This document shows, piece after piece, positions 38,311 to 46,400 of a stretch of DNA of 64,000 bases (position 1 is its first letter; each line of letters opens with the position of its first letter). The notes under the pieces were generated by a model. The model was not told where the DNA came from and did no database searches. It saw nothing but the letters and a program-made list of their open reading frames with translations. The position numbers were made by a program, and so were the translations under genes. The stretch lies in assembly GCA_019057475.1 (NCBI GenBank), contig DXJO01000006.1, forward strand, positions 160,001 through 224,000. The letters are read 5' to 3'. The DNA is from Candidatus Thorarchaeota archaeon (GTDB taxonomy: Archaea > Asgardarchaeota > Thorarchaeia > Thorarchaeales > Thorarchaeaceae).

Positions 38311-38910
38311 TCAAGACTCGTGTCCGTGGCACAGAACTGAATTCAATGAAGCAACTAATTTGTTAGCATTCTCAAGAATCATTTTAGAAGATTGTGACTT
38401 CCAAGTGAACGTTAGAAGCCTCCCGGTTTCTTCACAGGGAATGTATCCTTCAAGATTAGCAATAGGTATAGGTCGTCCTATAATCCCGAAACGGCGTCGA
38501 TAACCGGTCCAAAGCGCATAGCTTCCAGCATGATTGCCTGCATGTAGTTCACCATGCTCAACGACCTCCCGATCCTTCTTTGTATGACGTGTTAAGAGGT
38601 CCTCGGGTGTAGGTGCAATTGGTCCTAGCTTCTGCAAGTCCACAACTACCCTCAATGTGAAGTCGAGGTTGGGTCTGCTCGCCCCATTTCGCTGACTAGA
38701 GATGAGACACTCAGTTTCCCCAGTTCCCACCCAAATCTTATTCTTATAGAGAAACCGATTAGTGACTAGGGGTTCGTCTAGCTGATAGCCGGTCATCCAC
38801 GACTCAGGTACGCGAATGTAGTTGAATAATGCACGGCCAAAGAATATGTTCCATGCTTCGATTGCGATCTCGCGCGTCCCATTGTCCTGCTTATTGGCAT
38901 CGTTTGGCAT
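38311..38910 (-). CDS. Hypothetical soluble protein upstream of cstA
   Basis: About 200-aa beta-rich ORF ending CEETGR...SVLCH. Confidence 0.7.
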   Translation of the reverse strand: MPNDANKQDNGTREIAIEAWNIFFGRALFNYIRVPESWMTGYQLDEPLVTNRFLYKNKIWVGTGETECLISSQRNGASRPNLDFTLRVVVDLQKLGPIAPTPEDLLTRHTKKDREVVEHGELHAGNHAGSYALWTGYRRRFGIIGRPIPIANLEGYIPCEETGRLLTFTWKSQSSKMILENANKLVASLNSVLCHGHES

Positions 38911-39055
38911 GAATGCGCCCTCAATTGGTGATGAGCCCCTTGTTATATTCGTTGTGCAGTTCTCGGCTGCCAATTTCGTCGGATATCCTTAAAGGGAGGA
39001 TGTGGGGTCACGAGAACAACACTACGCAACTAGTTATCGCCTGAGGTTAGAGCTG

Positions 39056-39733
39056 ATGCAAGACATTGAAACCGTTGGTCTCTACATCGTGATGGGACTT
39101 GGGGTTGTATTGATTTGGATTTGGATGGCAGGCCGGATGTCCACCAAGAAACTCCGCAACAAGATTGCCCAAGACATTGCTACGCGCTTTCAATCGATAA
39201 CCTCCAAGGTCAGTGTGAAGCTCCTCGGGAATACGGGAGTCAAGTTCGCACTTCACCAAAAGGCGAAGAGCTCATTCTCTAAGCTGGAAGCAACAGTCCT
39301 GCTCCTTGATCGTTCCAACGCATTCCATATGCTCTATTGCAAGGTCCGCCATCGAACTGATCAGATTCAAATCCGAGGGAGTCTTAAGGAAAAGCCTGCT
39401 ATCCGGGTTGAGATGGCATCTGCCAACGAGAAGCAGAACTTGGATGATACACTTAAGGATCAAGCCAACAACCTCAAGGAGTTCAAGGTAGAGTACCTAG
39501 CTGAGTGGCTCTATATTCTCACAAATGATACTGGGGATGGAGCTGATTTCTTCGACCAATCAGATGTAAGTGCAGCTTTCAAGGAAGCAGCACAATACTT
39601 GACCCGTATATCTATTGCTCCACGTGAACCTCACCTCTTTATCTCAGCGGTGCTTGTCCCACAATCTGTGGAGCCAATCGAGCGGCTTACTCTCTCCATC
39701 GCAAAAGGAGTCCGCAAGAAGAATAGAAAATAG
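39056..39733 (+). CDS. Membrane-anchored CCDC47/DUF1682-like protein
   Basis: N-terminal TM; '[31 protein letters not shown]' and 'LYILTND...LTRISIA' resemble recalled CCDC47 core segments. Confidence 0.6.
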   Translation: [225 protein letters not shown]

Positions 39734-39932
39734 GGGCAGAAGTTGTCCTTTGAGGACGATATCCCGGACAGCGATTCGCAGTCTGGTCTAATTCGTTGCA
39801 GAGGTTAAGGATGTGCTTCAACCCCTGAGTCTTGACTTGCTTCTTCTTCGGCTTATTCCCTTCTGGAGTGAGGGGACCGTTGTTTCTACCTGAGGTCGAG
39901 CTAGAGAAACCGATTCTTCTTTGTGAGATCAT
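39687..39932 (-). CDS. Possible small basic protein
   Basis: GGAGG before the ATG at 39932; overlaps the 3' end of the convergent gene. Confidence 0.3.
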   Translation of the reverse strand: MISQRRIGFSSSTSGRNNGPLTPEGNKPKKKQVKTQGLKHILNLCNELDQTANRCPGYRPQRTTSAPIFYSSCGLLLRWRE

Positions 39933-39965
39933 TGTCCTCCCCAAGCTCGACATTCAGGATATTCG

Positions 39966-40355
39966 CTATGTGTAGTGTTGTTTAGTTGCCGGTTGATGTA
40001 GATAGAAGATGATGAAGAGGCTTATGAGAGCGCCCCACCATTCATCGCCAACCAACCAGAGCGGTATTCCGATTATGTTCAGGATGAAAGCATATTGCCA
40101 GAACTTGCTCTCAATGTTATACAAACCCAATGCAACCCACAGGCTAATCAATCCAAGAAGCAGTCCAATGCCTGCTGCTACGAGATTGATTGTGCCCCAG
40201 ACTTCACCCTGGTACCATAGTATGGTATCTGCGTAGGCGAGGTTTATGCCTCCGACTATGATTCCCGCTAGTCCATTTACAGCCACCAAGATACTTACCC
40301 AGGTTACTTCACTAGGCTTGCCTGACGGCGTTCCAGTAGTTCCTTCTTCTGCCAT
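39966..40355 (-). CDS. Hypothetical 4-TM membrane protein
   Basis: Four hydrophobic segments; C-terminal 'IIFYLHQP.TK..Y'. Confidence 0.75.
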   Translation of the reverse strand: MAEEGTTGTPSGKPSEVTWVSILVAVNGLAGIIVGGINLAYADTILWYQGEVWGTINLVAAGIGLLLGLISLWVALGLYNIESKFWQYAFILNIIGIPLWLVGDEWWGALISLFIIFYLHQPATKQHYT

Positions 40356-40492
40356 CGGTGTCTCTCCAAATTGGTCAGATTGGCTTTGCTGGGCGTCTAA
40401 AATCCTTTACTATTCCGTGAGGAGAGGTTCCTCTAGGGTTAGGGGAATGCTCGCTAAGCGAACAAGCCCCCGGTCTTTCCCCTGAGTTCGCA

Positions 40493-43400
40493 TCAATATG
40501 CTCTTCGCCTTCTGAGCACAACTGCTACTATGATAACCACCACGACGACGCCCATAATGATGATTATGACAATGGTCATGTCAATGGGTGGGATAGGTGT
40601 GGTGGGTTCACTGACTGTGACGAGCTCTGTATCACTTGAAGAGAGTCCGTGCTCATCCGTCACAATCAAGGTATAGCTGTACGTGCCGGAATCTAGTCCA
40701 TCAACTGAGATGGAAATTACTTCTGAACTAGAGTTCCACGGACCCGATCTAACAACGGTGCCATCTATCGAGATCTCATAGCTTGCTGGAAGCGCGTCTG
40801 TTGGATGCCAAGTGATAGAGTTGCCAGTTTCGCCTAGCGTGTAGTTGATGTCTTCAGGATGGTCGATTTCTGGCGGCAGAGTGTCCTGAACACTTACAGA
40901 GAACGTGCCGCTCAATGTGTTCCCCAGAGTGTCGTTCACCCAAATATGCAGACCGTATGTTCCCTCTTCAAGGCTTACTATGCTGGTCACAAGACCATCT
41001 GCACTGACAGCGAAGCGAACCGTATCATTCAGCCACCATGTGCTGATGCCCGAAGGATCGATTGCCGTCAATCCGTAGCTGAGGGCATGACCAAGCTCTA
41101 CGTTCTGATCGGTGGGATCTTCAGCCCAGACTGGCGCAGTCGTGTCATAGGCAGGAAGGAGGTTGGTTTCGGTGATGTAGCCCTCCATGGGATTTAGTGG
41201 GTCATCCGACCTGATGTATACGAGCATTCCTGTTGGTCGAAGAGCATACGCCGTCATCATGTGTTCCTCGTTGCTGAGAGTCCACACAGCATAACCTTCG
41301 TATATTGTGGATCCATCTACGAACAGGAGATCGTTCCACGCGAAGAACGGTGCGGCATCGCCCATGTCAGCGAACGAACCGATTACTTCTAGACTTTGTA
41401 GACCTGAGAAACAGAAGAAGTGCATGTGATCCCAGCCCATATCAGCAAATGGAATGTACCCATTGAGCACATTGACAATCATCCCGAATTCGCCAAGCAT
41501 GATTGTCCCGCTTTCATTGTACAGGTGTATCGTCATCGAAACATTCACTTCAAACTCAGAGAGCCAATCGCCAAAGGTGAAGTTCATGTCCTCCGTGTAC
41601 AAGTCTGTTTCAATACGCCAGTTGACATAGTCACCTGGATTCGGAAGGGCGATTGGAACCACATCAATGGAATCGACTGTGACCGTGGCATTGAGAGTTG
41701 TCAGGTCCCACCAGAATGCCATCAACAAGATTGTGTTTGTACCATTCTGAAAGACTGGGACAATGAGATCCGAATTGCCCGTCGCGTTCCAGAGTGACGT
41801 TATGAATTCACCATTCACAAACACGTGAATTTCTTGTAGGTTCTCCGAATCTGAGGCGTCGAACTCAACGTACACCTGACCTCCGAAAACAGTCGCCCCA
41901 ATGGTTGGCGTAACGATAAAGAAGTACGTTCCGCCCACGCTCGGAAGAGCCGTGGCGACGTTGTTGCCGGTGAAGGGTTCACCAAGAACTGGTTCAGCAT
42001 ACGCAGTGATGTTGTAAGTCCTCATCTCAGTCGGTATCCAAGGATAGCTTAGCACATAGGACTCGTAGGAGTTCAACTGTGGGATGGTCACTGATGAAAC
42101 CAGGGCGTCATCGATGTAGAGGCTGAACGCAACGCCAACCTCGTCTGACGTTCCCAAGTTGGTTACTGTGGCGTCGATAATGAACAGAGTGTCCACGGGA
42201 AGTTCCGAGGGCACATTGAGAGAAACTGCGAGGTCATGCTCGTAGGCATGATATGTGAATCTAAGAGCGAAATCGGTGACTCCTTCAAGATCGTCATCGA
42301 GATAGTTATTGTAGTGAATCCCGTCCCCGTGATTGAGTCCAACAGTTGCGGAGAATACATTCACAATCTCAAGGTAGTTGAACTGGATTAGGCCATCCGC
42401 ATACAGTACAACCTCGAACGTTCCAAGAAGTGACCCTCCTAGGTGATCATAGTTGTCAAACTGTATTACCGCCCAGTCTGCGGTCACCCACGCATAGACA
42501 TTGTTGTCCGCCCACAAATCATCCCAGAACGGAGCCAAAGCATATGCGAAGTCTGGGTCGGCCGATGGAAATTGCGGGTTGCTATACTCCCGCGGATCGG
42601 GGTTGCTGAAGGAGAGCCAACCGTTACTGCTGATATAGACTGTATCAAAGGTCCCATCGTAGAATCTAAAGTTAAACGGTAGTGCAACACTGGTATACAC
42701 ATCATCACCATTGAGATACAGATTCTCGCCGTTGGCCTTCGCATCCAACCATGTCGCAGATCCTTCCTCCATTGTGTAGTCATGTAGCTCACAGATTGAA
42801 ACCAGCCGTGTGGCAGCATTGTTCCCGGTATTCTCATCATCTGGCTTAGGCGCGACGTAGGCAGTCACATTGTATGTGCCTTCAAGAGTCGGTGTCCATA
42901 AGTAGGAGAGTGTCTGGCTAGTGCCATTGGCGAGCTCAGAGATGAACAATGAGTCGACCTCAATGTCGTCAATGAAGAGCTGGAGCAGAACATTCGTTTC
43001 AATATTCAAGCCAGTGTTGAAGGCCGTAGCATTCAGCAAGACTGAGTCACCTGGGCTGAGGCGCTCTGGTGCTTGAAGACCAGCAGCCAAATCATGGTCA
43101 TAGATGATGGGAATGTGCAGTAGGATATTCTCAAGGATGCGACTGCTACCGTTTTCAAAACCATATTCTAGGGTCTGTGTGGAAATAACTATAGCTCCGG
43201 CACCAAAGCGAAATTCAATAAGCGCTGGATAGTCGGGTTCAGCCACAAGAATGATGTCTGCTCCTGCAGGAATGCTGTCAAGATAACCGTATACTGACCA
43301 CCACCAGTTATCCAACTCCGCATCAGTGATCAGATTAGGGTTCAACAGTATAGGATGTACGGGGTTGACAATACTCACCACATCACCGTAGAACGCAACA

Positions 43401-46400
43401 TAGGTAGGTCCACCAGGAATCATGCCATTGACCCAATATGAGTCTGTAGCTGCATGTACCTCCAGTATGCCTCCTTGGGATGCATAGTCCTCGAACCAGT
43501 CCAAATTGCTGTAAACAGCCTCCATGAAGGCTGAAGGCTGTTCGGATGCGATTACGACCTTCTCATATGGAGAAAGATCTACAGAACCAATGTCCGAACT
43601 CAAGAAGATGTCATAGCTTATGCCCCAAGCCGTAAGAATATCTCTGATAGCGGGAGAACCCCACGGATCCCAAACCTGGAAGACCGCAACAGGTCCGGTT
43701 ATCGCTATTTCAAAGACCACAACCATCGAGGTCACACCATTGTTGGTGATGCTCGCCTCGTCGGGCACGGGGGCTGCGTAAGCAGTCACGTTATAGACAT
43801 CCTCAACAGCGGGGGTCCATGAGTAGGAGAGTGTTTCACTCGTACCATTGTTGAGAGTCGGAATGAGAAGTGAGTCTACCTCAATACCGTCGATAAAGAG
43901 CTGGAGCAGAACATCTGTTTCGCTATTTAGCCCGTAGTTCGAGACCGTGGCATTGAGTAGCGTCGAATCGCCTGGATTGAGGTGACCTGGCGCGTCCAGC
44001 GCGACACTAAGATCATGCTCAGGAATCTCGTAATCTGACCACTGGAGCGCATTGTAAATGAACTGGATATCCGCTGTGCTCGACCAGTACTCCGGTATAT
44101 GTGAGCAATAGGCAAGTCCCCGATGAGTGAGTACAGCTCCATAATTCTGACTAGATACATCCAATGCTTGGTATGACGCGCCATTAAGCACGGAGGAGTC
44201 CCAACCAGAGCTCTGTGGATGGAACGACATTCCACCGTAGCCCACTCCATAAGGAGTGGACATTCCCTGGAAAATGGGATGAGCAAGGTTCAGGATGTCG
44301 AAGTCAGTTATGCTATCCGCGGTGTATGTGATGGAATCAGCTAGTCCATAGAAGGAAGCTAGATCCTCTGCATTCATAGGCATTGAAGAACTTGTCGACA
44401 ACAGTCCATGTCCCTGCCGGACGTAATTCATGATTGCGTCATTTTGCTCGGTAGTGTATGGGTCATAGACATGGGACAAAATCAGAACGTCCGCATTGAA
44501 ATCTTCAAGGGCCTGAAGTGTGAAATCGGGCGCGCTAAATGTCGTGTAGTCGATGAATATCGGAACACTCCCATAAGATTGCCAACGGAAATTGATCTCA
44601 TCCCAACAGCAGTAATCAGGGTAAATTGTGCCGAAGCCGTATAGAACCGCAGCTGTGATGCGAACAGGAATGTAACCGGTGAAGTTGATATGCCCAGTCA
44701 GATTGGCCTCAATTGAGATTAGTCCACCTACAGTAGGAGTCAAAACGAAATCAATCAAGCCTGATGAGTTTGTGTAACCCGAATCGGCAACACCACAGCC
44801 AATGAGATTGATGAAACAATCTTCAAGTGGGCTACCCTCATAGTAGTCACTGGCAAAAACAGTTAGCGCTTGCGTTTCTTCTTTCATCAAGTAGATCGGG
44901 TCCGTGTCAAGATCAACTATTGGTGTATCATAGACGATGATGCCCGTTGTGCAGTTCAGGAAACCTGACTTCATGATGTTGACTTCAATGATTCCCTCCG
45001 TACTGGGATTAATGAAAATCGTGCAGGTTCCGTCGACAGAGGTATGATTCGACGCAGAAATGCCGCACCCATCAAAGGTGACATGGGCATTGGGAATTGG
45101 TGTGCCGTTCGCACATTCAACCACATCAATGGTGATTGTTTCCGAGGTTCCTGTTCTCAGGGCGTCATCGGAGAGTGTGGCCATCAAGCTTGGATATAGA
45201 AGGAAAGCGGCTGAGTTCTTGATGAGTTGACTTCGGTATTCTTGGCTGCCAATGGCATCAATTGAAAACCCGATGAATACAACCCCACCAAACGTGATTG
45301 AGGTTAAGGGTGACAGAGCTGAAATCGCACTATCGCCAGTGAAGCTGCCGCTGTAGCCACCGACATGCATTGATCCATTGGTTGGACTGAATACATCCGC
45401 GTACGGTGAACCCAGTCCTCCAGCCAACGGAATGGTTGCTGGTAAACCTGAGGTAATGGGATGCGCTCCAGTCTCAAGGTTCAGACTGCCAGAATTGGTG
45501 ATATGTTGATCAAATTCGACATGGAATAGACTCGGGAAGATGGCTCCGTGCTCAGCATCCAGAGTGTTCAGAATGCTGCACCCTTCGAACAGAAGGTTGC
45601 CGCCGTTATTGTGGTAGTCAAAGAGTACATCCAGCAGGTAGCTATTCGGAGCAACCAATGGATATCCGTAGTTATCACCAACCGAGACAACAACTATGTT
45701 ATACAAATCCAGTAGAGAAAGGCTAGGAGTTGAGTTCCATCGAGGATAATAGATGGACACGTTGTACTCCTCGTGGAGCGCAACATAGAAGTCGGCGTAG
45801 TTCGTTGAGTCGCCAGCATTGTCGTCCACCCAACCACCGGGATATGATGGGCCCCACTCACCGGCGTCATCTGCGATTACTAATACATCACCTCGCTTGA
45901 CTTGAAAGAAGACTTTATCGCCTCCATGATGAGTGCCATTGTCAGCCTCGATGTATAAACTGAGCATCCCGAAACCAGTGACGTTGATGTCAGACGAGAA
46001 TGCCCCGGAGGTGATGGTGAATACCTTCGTCTGAAGTACGCTGCCCTGTGCATCGAGAAGATAGGCAGTGCCGGAACCGTCTTGATCTGATGTACCGCTG
46101 AAGTCAAGAAGAGCATTATAGATAGGTGCGGAGTCTAGACCCACAGCGACATTGAGGCTTCCAACATAGAAGTCGGTCAACGTTGTACGCACGAATGGAT
46201 TGTGTACTGTGGTTTCTACCGTGTAACGCCCGGGATACTCGTTGACATAGAAAGTGGCAGTGTATTCACCAAGGACATTGGTTGCGAGGGCATCGTCATA
46301 GACAATTGTGCCAAAGGGGTCTTTGACGGTGACATTTACAGTTCCTACTATGGGGGTGTTGTTGTAGAACAAGCTACAGGTGCCATCGAGCTGAACTTCC

